Source of the DNA: Octopus vulgaris
Taxonomy: Eukaryota
DNA length: 64,000 nucleotides
Direction of reading: 5' to 3'
Assembly: GCA_951406725.2 (NCBI GenBank)
Contig: OX597816.1
Coordinates: 52,948,001-53,012,000, forward strand
Position numbers and translations under genes: made by a program. The notes beneath the pieces were generated by a model. That model did no database searches, was not told where the DNA came from, and saw nothing but the letters and a program-made list of their open reading frames with translations. This document shows, in pieces, positions 38,516 to 50,709 of the stretch (positions are counted from its first letter, which is position 1; every line of letters starts with the position of its first letter).

Positions 38516-38683
38516 CGTAGGAGTGGCTGTGTGGTAAGTAGCTTGCTTACCAACCACATGGTTCCGGGTTCAGTCCCACTGCATGGCACCTTGGGCAAGT
38601 GTCTTCTGCTATAGCTTCGGGCTGACCAAAGCCTTGTGAGTGGAAACTGAAAGAAGTCCATCGTATATATGTATATATATATA

Positions 38684-38728
<45 letters not shown>

Positions 38729-38935
38729 TTGTGTATCTGTGTTTGTTCCCACCAACATCGCTTGACAACTGATACTGGTGTGTTTACGTCCCCGTAACTT
38801 AGCGGTTTGGCAAAAGACACTGATAGAATAAGCACTAGGCTTACAAAGAATAAGTCCTGGGGTCAATTTGCTCATCTGAAAGGCGGTGCTCCAGCATGGC
38901 CACAGTCAAATGACTGAAACAAGTAAAAAAAGAGT
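38516..38935 (+). mobile_element. SINE family A
   Basis: Full-length match. Confidence 0.9.
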
Positions 38936-40163
38936 AATAATAAGCATCAACAAGATGGAATTTCTGTTTTGACAGAGATTTTTCGGATGCTTTTTTAAAG
39001 TGGAGATGATCTGGAGTATCTTTTTGGCAAAAAATTTTTTTTGTAATAAATGCTTTTCTTTTTAACTCCTCCCCCCATCTTCCCCTCTCCGGACCGATTT
39101 TGGTTGATTTTGTGGGCACTGTGCACTTGGAAACTGTAGAGGCCTTTTCGGTAAAAAAAAACAAACAAAAGAACATCTAGAGACTCACTGATAGAACCTG
39201 GAATATATCCATTATACATCTTTGAATATCTATCAGTTACAGGATACCAAATTACAGTTAAGGGTACCTGATAAAAATTACAGGTTAAGAAGTTTTCTTT
39301 TCATCCATGTGGTTTTGTGTTCAACCCCACTGAATAGCACCTTGGGTGAGTGTCTTCTACTATAGCCCCAAGTTGACCAAAGTCTTGTGAGTGGATGTGG
39401 TAGAGAGAAACTGAAGTTATCATCTATTTTATATATGTGCATATATGTTTGTGTGAGTGACATTCATATTTCCCTTCATCTTCACATGGTTTTGTTGGTT
39501 GTAAGCAATGATGGTGTCACTGACTTGCACATCTGGGCTCCTCGGCATGTCTTAAGATGGTGTACAACATGTGTAAACAAAAAGCTCATTCAAACGCTAT
39601 CATTTGTTTTACATTCTCTATGTAAGCATATAAGAGCTATTTGCTTGCTTGATAGGCTGGAAGAGTATTATCTTGCTCAGAAACAGGTGGTAGGGTTGGA
39701 GTCAGAAAGGGAATCTACTGGTAGAAAACTGCTCAAAAATTTGCTTGTCTCAAAAATGCTAGTGTGGAAAAGTATGATAAAATGACAATGATGATGATAA
39801 TAATCATCATCATCATCATAATCACGATGATGAAAGGCAACAACTTGGCAGAGTTTTCGAAGTGTTCACAAGAATGCTTTTTAGTTTTTGTCCTTATGTT
39901 GTGAGCCATGAGTTCAAATCCCAGTCAGGTGAAACTTATCTTTCTTCATTCAAAGGTCAAGGAAAATAGTGCCAAAGCAGGGAGATGGATTGGTGGAACA
40001 ATAAGAAAATTGAGCAAAATATCTTATGGTAATTGTTCCAGCCATTTGCTTTCTGACAGCAATACAAGGGTTGAATCAACCCTAAAATGATGGCCTTCCC
40101 CTTAGGCAACACTGACAACATGTTGAGAAAAGATTGCAGATATGAGCAACTGCCAGTTTTCTA

Positions 40164-40740
40164 TTGGGTTGTCCGGAAAGTTTGTGCTGATTTATAGTAG
40201 CTTACCTTTTGACTTATTTTAGAACATGGTCGAGTCCATAAAATAGGATTTTACTACACCTCCATTTAGAGCACAGTTTAAGCTATCTTTTCATGGAAGA
40301 AGGTTTATGTTCCTATAACCTGTGTTAATTCTGTAACCCTTTAAAATGGAAGATAAGAAAGTTCATTTTTGGCACTTGCTGCTTTGGGAACCAGACAAAA
40401 ATTGCTGCAGCTCAGCTGGGATGTCTTACTCCACCCTCCATATTCACCAGATATTGTTCCTTTGGATTTCCACTTATTCAGGTCTCTGCAGGATAGTCTT
40501 TATGGTAAAAATTTCAATTCCTTGCATGACGTAAAAAGATACCTTGATGAATTATTTGCCATGAAACTACCTCAATTCTGGGAAGTGGGTATTTTCAAGT
40601 TAAAGGAAAGATGGAGAGGCACAGGGCAACAAAATGGTTCATATTTGGTTGATTTTTGATTGATTAAAACTGTAATGGCAAGTATTTATTGACATTTTTC
40701 TTTCCTTTAAAAATCGGCACAAACTTTCCAGACAACCCAA
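40164..40740 (+). mobile_element. Non-autonomous, internally deleted mariner, copy 2
   Basis: TIRs with TA/TG flanks; MEDKKVHF N-terminus joined to the HPPYSPDI C-terminus. Confidence 0.95.
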
Positions 40741-42339
40741 TGCAATGAAAATTTTGCCCAAACTTGCACAGTCAGGCACAGATAAATGCTGATCTCTGAC
40801 TGACAGAAGTTCCAGAATTGATTCCATCTATTTGTTGATGGTATATTAATTACATCATTGACATCATCATCATCAGCAGCAGCATTTTAATGTCTGCTTT
40901 TCTGTGCTTGCATCAAGTGATGTCATTAGTTTCATTAATAACTTTAAGGCCATGTCAGATTGAATCTCAACACCTATTAGGTCATCAGACATCACAATCC
41001 TTGCCTGAAGCTGTTGTTGTTTGACCTCAGGCATGAGGAAGAAGGATTGTATAACTTCCAAATTTAAAATTATTTCCCTTTTTCTTTGAGAGCTGCTACT
41101 ACTTGCCACTAGGTTTCTGCTTTGCTTTTGTAATTCCAACATCCAGCAAAATTTTAATTAAGAAATTTTTGCAAATAGCATTCAGTACAACAACTTTTAA
41201 CTTATTCAAATTCGTGGCATTGGCTTCTTTCAGTTATTTTCTGTAGTTCATTTTATTTTCTTGAAGACTCAGAAAGTTATAGTATTGGGAGTAATAGAAA
41301 TGATTGCAGAATTATTACTCACTATAGAGGTAGTGTAAAGCCAAAAAGCTGTTTGGAAGTTATTGATTAATGCAAATAAATATAACGTACAATGCCAAGA
41401 ATCATAGTCTTTCAATTATTCTCCTATTGGTTTCACTCATTAGGCAATGGCCATTCTGGGGCATCATCAGGACTTGTGTCAAAGTATGTATCACCCTAGG
41501 CTTCTACTACAATGAACACCCACTTCCCTCAATTATGACTGATAGTAGAACACAGGTAAGAGAACATCTACATACATTTGTATCAATAGATTGCTGGTAA
41601 CGATTCCGTTTATGACTACTGCCAAAATATTGTTTAAACAAAAGCAATAATTCTTCATTCTTCATTGACAGATGTGGATACTTAGTTTAAGGTTAAAATA
41701 AGTATTTGCAACCATTTTTAATTTGGTCTAATACCTTCAGATTTGGCATTGCAGATGAATATTTTGCTTGCCTAATGCATGACACCAGCCCAGTAGTCCA
41801 CCTTCTACTTCAATTACATCAACCTCAAACATTTATTTTATAGAACTTGGAAGGATGAAAGATAAATTGGGTCTGGTTATGATTGAAACACAGAATGTAA
41901 AAGGACGTAATTAAATGAAGAATTTTGTCCTATTCTCTAACAATTCTGCCATCAACACAACATATACAAAAAGATTGTTTCCATTATTTGTGCTTAGATC
42001 TCTTAGTTGGTTCTAGAGTGAATCACATTTGCTGCCAAAATAATCAATATGAAATCAATAGAGTTCAATCTGTTAGCTGAGCTGACGCTGAATGATCAAG
42101 CAATGTGTGTGTGTGTATCTGGTGGACAATATGAACATGCAAGAATGACAGGCATCGCTTTGTGTTAAGAACTTTACTTTGCAACAAGGTGGTTCCAGGT
42201 TCATTCCCACTGCATGTATTTCTACTACAGCCTTGTGCTTATTATAGTTAGTGAGTGAAATTTAGTAGAGGAAAACTGTGCAGAAGGCAATTGTATATTT
42301 ATTTCTCTCTCTGTCTTTATATATATATATATATATATA

Positions 42340-42915
42340 AACACTGATATCAAGAAGTCTTCTTGTAAACATGATCTGGGCATTACTGTCAGCAGTGATT
42401 TGCGCTGGACAAAGCACATCTCTAAAATTGTCAAGAAGGCGAGGTGTATCTTGCCGTCACTCAGTGAGACCCTTGTCAGCCATTCTCCAGCTATCTATTT
42501 AAGGCTGTATATGGCTATGGTGTGGCTACATTTGGAATTGGCTGGTGCCACATTGAACACCTTTTTGAGCGCCATGTGTCCGACACACATAGGCATGCCT
42601 ACCAAGTCAGAAAACAGCACAGCTCCCATGACTTTCAGAAACATTTTTTTTTCACACTCAGGGTTGCTGAAGCATTGAACAAACTACCTAAATCAGTTGT
42701 TAGTTGCCAAGACATTGCATCCTTTAAAACCTCCATGCTTCCTAAAATTTGCCAATTCTACACCTGATATCCCACCTCCATACACATGCACACATGTATA
42801 TCATAACTCATACACTGTTCACTTTCCTGGCTTTTGTACATAATTCTATGTACCGTACATGCACCATTGATGAGTTGTAGTGCACCTGAGCACTAAAACA
42901 CAATATTATTATTAA

Positions 42916-42954
<39 letters not shown>

Positions 42955-42970
42955 CATTATTATTATCATT
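42340..42970 (+). pseudogene. 5'-truncated CR1/L2-group LINE 3' end with an (ATT)n tail
   Basis: HDLGITVSSDLRWTKHISKIVKKA..LYMAMVWLHLE and FRKHFFTLRVAEALNKLP-like segments. Confidence 0.8.
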
Positions 42971-43315
42971 TTTATATATATATATATTAATCTTGCCAAG
43001 AACAAACTAATCTCTCAAATACTGATACCATACATAAGACATCTCTACTGCACTCTGTAAAATCGTTGACAATAGCAAGAACATAACATCTAGCTATAGA
43101 AACCATATCCAAAACAGAACATTCATAAGAGACATGGTTCCTGACCCATCTAGGAAGTAAAATCTCTGAGTGACAAATGACTTGGACAGTCAAAGCTCAC
43201 AGAACCAACGCTAACATGTAAAAAGAAGCTGAAAAATTGATAACTATGTTTACGATGCTATATATATATATATACACATATATATATATACATATGAATA
43301 TATATATATATATAT

Positions 43316-43491
43316 TAGCCACTACACATTCTTTATTTTCTCTCCTTGTTTCTTTCTGTGTTCCTTTCTGTGGAAGAGCATAGGCTCGAAACGTTAAAGA
43401 CTTTTCCACTTCCTGAGCGTTATACTAATACATCTGTTTGTTATCTACACCACCTATCTTCATCTTTTGTTTTTTTTTGTGAATTCTCCCT
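43316..43491 (+). mobile_element. Penelope pLTR-like element with a hammerhead-like motif (43364-43399), within (TA)n
   Basis: CTTT-CTGTGGAA-GAGC ATAG GCTC-GAAAC-GTT-AAAG. Confidence 0.65.
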
Positions 43492-43519
43492 ATATATATA
43501 TATATATATATATATAACT

Positions 43520-43777
43520 GTTACAATATGGGAACAGAAACACACCAACACCAGTTGTCAAATGGTGATGGTGGAACAAACACAGACATACACACAGATA
43601 TATATACATGTACATGACAGGCTTCCTTCAGTTTCTGTCTATCAAATCCACTTACAAGATATTGGTTGGCCCTAGGCTATAGAAAAAGACACTTGTCCAA
43701 GGTGCCACACAGTGGGACAGAACCTGGAGCCATGTGGTTGAGAAGCAAGCTTCTTACCACACAGCCATGCCTGCACC
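43520..43777 (-). mobile_element. Partial SINE family A (head half)
   Basis: Match to the family A head and middle. Confidence 0.8.
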
Positions 43778-43794
43778 TATATATACATATAGGT

Positions 43795-43990
43795 CGCCAT
43801 GATAGATCGTTTGCTCCTACACGCATTTTTTCTCTCCTTGTTTTTTTCTGTGTATCTTTCTGTCAAAGAGCGTAGGCTCGAAACGTAAAAGACTTTTTCT
43901 TTTTCTATTCCTGAGTGCTATACTAATACATTTGTTTGTTTGTACTCCACCTGCCCTCGTCTTTTGTTTATTTTCGTAAACTTTCCCTTT
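43795..43990 (+). mobile_element. Penelope pLTR-like element with a hammerhead-like motif (43855-43892)
   Basis: TCTTT-CTGTCAAA-GAGC GTAG GCTC-GAAAC-GTA-AAAGA. Confidence 0.65.
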
Positions 43991-44273
43991 ATACATATAC
44001 ATATATGTAGATATGTATGTTTGTGTATTGATAACATCATCTATTTTGTCCAGTTTTGGGCTCAGGTTGGTTAATGTCAATTGTTATTTTCAATGAGAAT
44101 GAGACGGTGGAGAGAGTACACTGGACATTTCCCTTTTACACAGCTTTTTACCTCTGAGCGAAAGAGGACAGAAAAATGAATGTCATTCAAATACAGTTTA
44201 AAACTTGTTGCTCCGTTCAAAATTCACAAAACGAAAAACAACTAAAAGTACTTTGTAGTAAAATTATTTATAT

Positions 44274-44482
44274 ACTCTTTTACCTGTTTCAATCATTTGA
44301 CTGTGGCCATGCTGGAGCACCACCTTTAGTCAACCAAATCGACCTCAGGACTTATTCTTTGTAAGCCTAGTACTTATTCTATCAGTCACTTTTGCTGAAC
44401 TGCTAAGTTACAGGGATGTAAACACACCGGCATCGGTTGTCAAGCAATGTTGGCTGGGACAAACACTGATACACAAGCAAAT

Positions 44483-44525
<43 letters not shown>

Positions 44526-44696
44526 CATATATACGACAGGCTTCTTTCAGTTTCCGCCTACCAAATCCAATCACTAGGCTTTGGTTGGCCCAAGGCTATA
44601 GTAGAAGACACCTGCCCAAGGTGCTACACAGTGGGACTGAAACCAGAACCATGTGGTTGGTAAGCAAGCTACTTACTACACAGCCACTTCTGCGCC
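44274..44696 (-). mobile_element. SINE family A
   Basis: Full-length match. Confidence 0.9.
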
Positions 44697-44797
44697 TATA
44701 TATATATATATATATATATAACAACATTTAAGATGTAATACACATTAAATACTAACATACAATGTAAGTAGAAGTCAAATATAATTGTGAGCTTTTT

Positions 44798-44843
<46 letters not shown>

Positions 44844-44847
<4 letters not shown>

Positions 44848-45163
44848 GAAATGAAGAAATGCTGACAAAATAATTTAAGTAAGGGAGAGTGTATTTAATT
44901 AGGTGAAAGTTCTTTTTACCGGTTGCGCATTTGTTATGCTTATCAAAAGATATTTTTTTAAGAGAGATAGAGTTCCTTTCTGATAGATTTTTTTCTCTTA
45001 CCAGATAAGAGAAAAAAATCTATCAGAAAGGAACTCTATCTCTCTTAAAAAAATATCTTTTGATAAGCATAACAAATGCGCAACCGGTAAAAAGAACTTT
45101 CACCTAATTAAATACACTCTCCCTTACTTAAATTATTTTGTCAGCATTTTCTTCATTTCCTTT
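44844..45163. repeat. Long foldback palindrome: perfect 144-bp arms (44857-45000 and 45006-45149), 5-nt loop CCAGA, flanked by (TA)n
   Basis: Arms are reverse complements; pairing extends 13 bp further after a 1-nt bulge. Confidence 0.97.
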
Positions 45164-45205
45164 TTTTTATATATCACAACTCGTGTTCCACATCTCCTTT
45201 TTTAA

Positions 45206-45257
<52 letters not shown>

Positions 45258-45741
45258 CTGTATCACCAACTGACACATGGTAAACTTCAATCATTGTTGG
45301 AATTATATCTTTTTATTCAGCAGATGTTGTAGGTTATAGTTATACTTTGCAACAATTTATTTTAACTAAATAAAAGAAAATCAGTGTCCTTTTATCTTAG
45401 AAAGTTGTTTCATTCATGCTCTGAGGTTTTAATTTTATTGTTTCACTAAGTTTCCTAAAACTCCCACAAAATGCCACAAGATACTTCTAAATGTTGTGTG
45501 TGTGTTTATGAACCCGTAACTTAGTGGTTTGGCAAAAGATCTAAAGCACATGATTTAATCAATCATATATATATTTTCTCCCAATTTTGGTATTTTCAGA
45601 AAGTATATGCAATTTTGTTCTACACACTGTCTCTTGTGTTGGTGTGTCTACGTCTTTGTAACTTAGCAGTTTGGTGAAACAGACCAATAGAACCAAGTAC
45701 CAAGTTTAACAAAAGGAAAAAAAAATGTTCTGAGGTCAATT

Positions 45742-46005
45742 CATCATCATCACCATCGTTTAACGTCCGCTTTCCATGCTAGCATGGGTTGGACGGTTCA
45801 ACTGGGGTCTGGGGAACCCGAAGGCTGCACCAGGCCAGTCAGATCTGGCAGTGTTTCTACAGCTGGATGCCCTTCCTAATGCCAACCACTCCGAGAGTGT
45901 AGTGGGTGATTTTATGTGCCACCGACACAGGTGCCAGATGAGGCTGGCGAACGGCCACGCTCGATTGGTGTTTTTTATGTGCCACTGACACAGGTGCCAG
46001 ACGAG
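45742..46005 (-). mobile_element. Family D retroposon
   Basis: (CAT)n then GTTTAACGTCCGCTTTCCATGCTAGCATGGG...GGATGCCCTTCCTAATGCCAACC. Confidence 0.8.
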
Positions 46006-46242
46006 TTGATTAAAATTTCTTCAAGACAATGCTCCAGCATGGCTGCAGCCTAATGACTGGAACCAGGAAAAGAAAGAGAAAAGACAGAAGGTATTATCTA
46101 ACAGGTAAACGATTTAGTCTTGGTTCTTTACCATTTGCAAGGTAGGAAAACACCCCAAAAATGTAAAGAATATGCTGATCTGTATTTACAACCCAAACAC
46201 CAGAAGCATAAGGAATAAATTAAGGATAATTTCTAAACCATC

Positions 46243-46372
46243 GGGAGATGGGGTGGGGTGGGGAGAGGGAAGGTGGGGAGGGGGAGGGAGAGGGGAGAGG
46301 GGGAGGGAGATGGGAGAGGGGGGAGAGAGAGAGGGAGGGGAGAGAGGGAGGGAAGGAAGGGAGAGAGTGAGA
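46243..46372 (+). repeat. G-rich, nearly all-purine tract (G-quadruplex/H-DNA potential)
   Basis: Many runs of three or more G separated by short, mostly purine linkers. Confidence 0.8.
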
Positions 46373-46484
46373 AAAAAATAGTGATTTTAAGCAAGAAAAT
46401 ATTCCTTTTATGAAATATATTGTTAATGCCGATAGGAAAACTAGTACTATCCTGCAAGTGCTTGTTCCAGAGCCAAGTAAACAT

Positions 46485-46537
<53 letters not shown>

Positions 46538-46983
46538 AATATTTACCCATAAGTGAATATTTGCATACACACATACAATTCCAAATATCTCTATGTACTG
46601 TGTACATACACACACATACAAACACAAACATATATACATAAACAACTCAACACATGTTCATACGCACATGCTCACACACCCAAACACGTATATACACAAG
46701 CAAGAACAAATACGCTGCTCCCAATACACATACACACACACACACAGAAATATACACGTGTGCACATAAACACACACCTACATACAAACACACACAGAGA
46801 TACAATGCAAAAACAATAGTGTGTACACACACCTGTACATAGGTACACACACACAACTTCAGGTATGTATATTTACCTGTACATGTATGTATAAACTAAC
46901 ATGCAAGCATATTCATACAAACTCACACAAAACACAAGACATATGCATGCAGATACACACAAACTCAGATATATCTACATATA

Positions 46984-47549
46984 TTGGGGTGCCTGGAAAG
47001 TTCGTGCCGATTTTTAAAGGAAAGAAAAAGGTCAATAAATACCTGCCATTACATTTTTAATCAACCAAATATGAATCATTTTGTTGCCCTGTGCCTCTCC
47101 ATCTTTCCTTTAACTTGAAAATACCCAATTCCCAGAATTGAGGTGGTTCCATAGCAAAGAATTTATCAATGTATCTTTTTATGTCATCCAAGGCATTGAT
47201 ATTTTTACCATTAAGACTATTCTGCAGAGACCTGAATAAGTGGAAATCCGAAGGAGCAATATCGGGTGAATATGGAGGGTGGGGTAACACATCCCAGCTG
47301 AGCTGCATCAATTTTTGTCTGGTTCCCAAAGCATCAAGTGCTGAAAATGAACTTTCTTATCTTCCATTTTAAAGGGTTACAGAATTAACACAGGTTATAG
47401 GAACATTAACCTTCTTCCATGAAAAGATAGCTTAAACTGTTCTCTAAATGGAGGTGTAGTAAAATCCTATTTTATGGACTCAACCATGTTTTAAAATAGG
47501 TTGAAAGATAAGTTACTATAAATTGGCATGAACTTTCCGGACAATCCAA
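46984..47549 (-). mobile_element. Non-autonomous, internally deleted mariner, copy 3
   Basis: TA TSDs at 46982-83 and 47550-51, TIRs, ORF 47057-47329 with HPPYSPDIAPSDFHLF. Confidence 0.95.
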
Positions 47550-48013
47550 TAGTAATGCTTCAATATATAAGTTGATTCATTCCCAGAAAACACTCATAAG
47601 CAGAAAATAAAACTCATAAAAGGTCATAAACCCAGGATCTTGTAACTGCAACGTGAGTCCTTGTGCTCATGCTGGCATACGCATACACACACACACACAC
47701 ACACACACACAAACCCAAATACACTCACAGACATGCACAACCATAAATATGTTTACATACCTGTACATTCATGCATGCATGCATAAACCCACAAATATAC
47801 ATACACAGGAGGAACACTCAAAATAAGTATTCACATACATGGCATAAGAAGCATATGACTCACAAGTTAAAACTGTTAATGTTCAAATTAAAGTGGTGAG
47901 AGCGGGTGGGCATAACAGGTGTGCAAAATGGACATTGAGCACAGGCCTTGTACAAACTAAGTTTTATGCACCACATAGCTAAGACAGGTTCAGAATAAAA
48001 GCAATAGTATTTG

Positions 48014-48108
<95 letters not shown>

Positions 48109-48133
48109 CATTATTATTATTATTATTATTATT
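48014..48133. repeat. (AAT)n array switching to (ATT)n
   Basis: Directly visible. Confidence 0.95.
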
Positions 48134-48429
48134 AAAATATTAATTCTAAATTAATATATATGTACATTTTAATTGTTAAATTTATCGCATAAGCATTTTG
48201 CAACAAGTGTGGGAATCTGGCTGAAATTGAAATTACATGTGGCCTTGGCAACTAGATATTAAAAGAAATGGGGGAGAATCATAGATTCGTTGCCTTAGTC
48301 CCATTTGAATAATAACAATAATAATAATAATAACTTAGCTGTTGATTCAAGAAAAAGCAAGTGATTGAGCTGTTGATTCATAAACGGCAGCAAAGAAATG
48401 GAACAATATGTGGGAAGGTATTATGTGTT

Positions 48430-48469
<40 letters not shown>

Positions 48470-48497
48470 TAAATATAGATATATATATAATGTATGT

Positions 48498-48878
48498 GTG
48501 GCTGTGTGGTAAGTAGCTTGCTTACCAACCACATGGTTCCGGGTTCAGTTCCACTGCGTGGCACCCTGGGCAAGTGTCTTCTACTATAGCCTCGGGCCGA
48601 CCAAAGCCTTGTGAACGGATTTGGTAGATGGAAACTGAAAGAAGCCCGTTGTATATGTGTTTGTGTGTCTGTGTCTGTCCCCACAGCATCGCTTGACAAC
48701 CAATGCTGGTGTGTTTACGTCCCCGTAACTTCGCGATTCGGCAAAACAGGCCGATAGAATAAGTACTAGGCTTACAAAGAATAAATCGTGGGGTCGATTT
48801 GCTCGACTAAAAGGTGGTGCTCCAGCATGGCTACAGTCAAATGACTGAAACAAGTAAAAGAGTAAAGTGTAAAAGAGT
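48498..48878 (+). mobile_element. SINE family A
   Basis: Near full-length match. Confidence 0.9.
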
Positions 48879-50223
48879 ATATGCATAAATCATTATTATT
48901 ATTAAAAAATAAAAAAAACACGAAGAAATCCATGATGTTCTGGCAGAAGCCAGTATTTATATTCTATCCAAACAAATTAGCTAATGGTTTCAAATACAGA
49001 GATAGATATGAAGGAAAGAAAATACAGGTTTCTGGCTGGATGGCTAGAAGCAGGAAAATATCCAAACTATAGGAAGATTGAATGCTGAAACTTATCCAAA
49101 TATTAACAATGGAAAAACTATAATTCCATACTGACTTTATCAATAAAGTAAGGAAACGTTAACAAGCTTGTTTTCGTACTGATTCACTGATACTTGCCAA
49201 TATGACCAGCAATCATGGGTAAGAGCAAATGTACTTAAAGTAGTCACAAAATGTTTCCAAATTTCTGTTATAGACGTGTATTTATATTCTGGTTTTGGCT
49301 AATTTCTCAATAAAGTTCTTCCTTCCCATTTGTTGATCCTCCAGTTTAAACTTTAAAATATTTTCTCCTCCTGTTCTTAGACATTACTTTTCTATCTCCA
49401 TAGAAATCTACTTTTGTCAAGCAATGCTATTTCATATATAATCAATACTGGAAGACATAGGATGCATCCTTTATCAAGTAGGATATAAATCTGTCTCTGC
49501 TACCAGAGATAACATTATTGCTACCATAGAGCAATACATTATATATTGCCAAAATAGCAGCGCACATTCTCTTTTATATCTGTCATGAAAAAATCTAGGC
49601 TTTCAAGGCTATATTCTGGGCGCTGTTATTGATTAAATTCTCTGCAGTTTACCAAAATGATTAAGGATTTCTTATTAAATAAAATATATCAATACAAAGC
49701 TAAATTAGATAAATAAATTCTGGGCACATATAAGTTCTTCAAACAAAATATACAAAACATTAAAATCTAGTCTAATTATACTTGCATATATCCTCTCAAA
49801 AGATAATACAAATGGTAATCATATTAAATTTGCTTTCAGTCCTATTTTCCTTAGACACTGAAAAGTTTCATTTCAAAACAATATCAAAAAACAAAATCTA
49901 TTTCAAAGTATCAGATAGTAGTGAAGGACTTAGAACTTAATATAGAGATGTGTATTTGATTAGATTTACTTCCTTTTAATTTTGAATTTATGTTGGTCAC
50001 ATGAAAGACAAACAAAAAGGAGATATGCGTTATATTCTATATTTAGTTAAGAAGTAATTAAAAATTTGAGTGCTGATCAAGTAGCCAAATTTTAAAATGC
50101 TTTAAAAATGTATATCTTCAATATTTGAGATTTGAATTAATAGTAACTTACTAAAATCCCAAATTTGTCCAAATACAAAATATGAAAAGCAGATTTCAAT
50201 AAACTAAAGGTGGTTTGCATTAT

Positions 50224-50555
50224 TCTTTTATTCTTTTACTTCTTTCAGTCATTTGACTGTGTGGCTATGCTGGAGCACTGCCATAAAGGGTTATAGTCGA
50301 AGAAGTCGACCTCATGACTTATTCTGTGTAAGCCTAGTACTTATTCTCTCGATCTCTTTCACAGAACGTTAAGTTACAGTAACATAATAACACTAGCATT
50401 GGTTGTCAAGCGATGGTGGCAGGGGAACAAACACAGATACACATACACATAAATATATACCTTTCAGCTTCTGCCTACCAAATCCACTCACAAGGCTTTC
50501 GTGGGCCTGAGGCCATAGTAGAAGACACTTGCCCAAGGTGCCATGCAGTGAGACT
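50224..50555 (-). mobile_element. SINE family A with a truncated head
   Basis: Match to the body and tail. Confidence 0.8.
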
Positions 50556-50671
50556 TGGCAAATATTATTTAGAAAATTCCTTAAATTCTATATGTGTATG
50601 CCAGAGAGAAAGAGACAAGAATCTTGATATTTCAAGATAAAACCTTTGCCAATAAGAGAAAATTTTATTCA

Positions 50672-50709
<38 letters not shown>

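Noticed and set aside
39262-39290. Minus-strand tttttatcag|gtaccc AG/GT junction
   Set aside because: Weak donor and short pyrimidine tract; expected by chance.
40873-41142. 89-aa non-repetitive ORF (MLELQKQSRN...)
   Set aside because: No recognisable domain or splice boundaries; it ends in a (GAT)n repeat tail.
49050-49800. Possible L1/Tx1 endonuclease remnant on the minus strand (NLYVP and LIILVN-like words)
   Set aside because: Too decayed to support by eye; needs a profile search.
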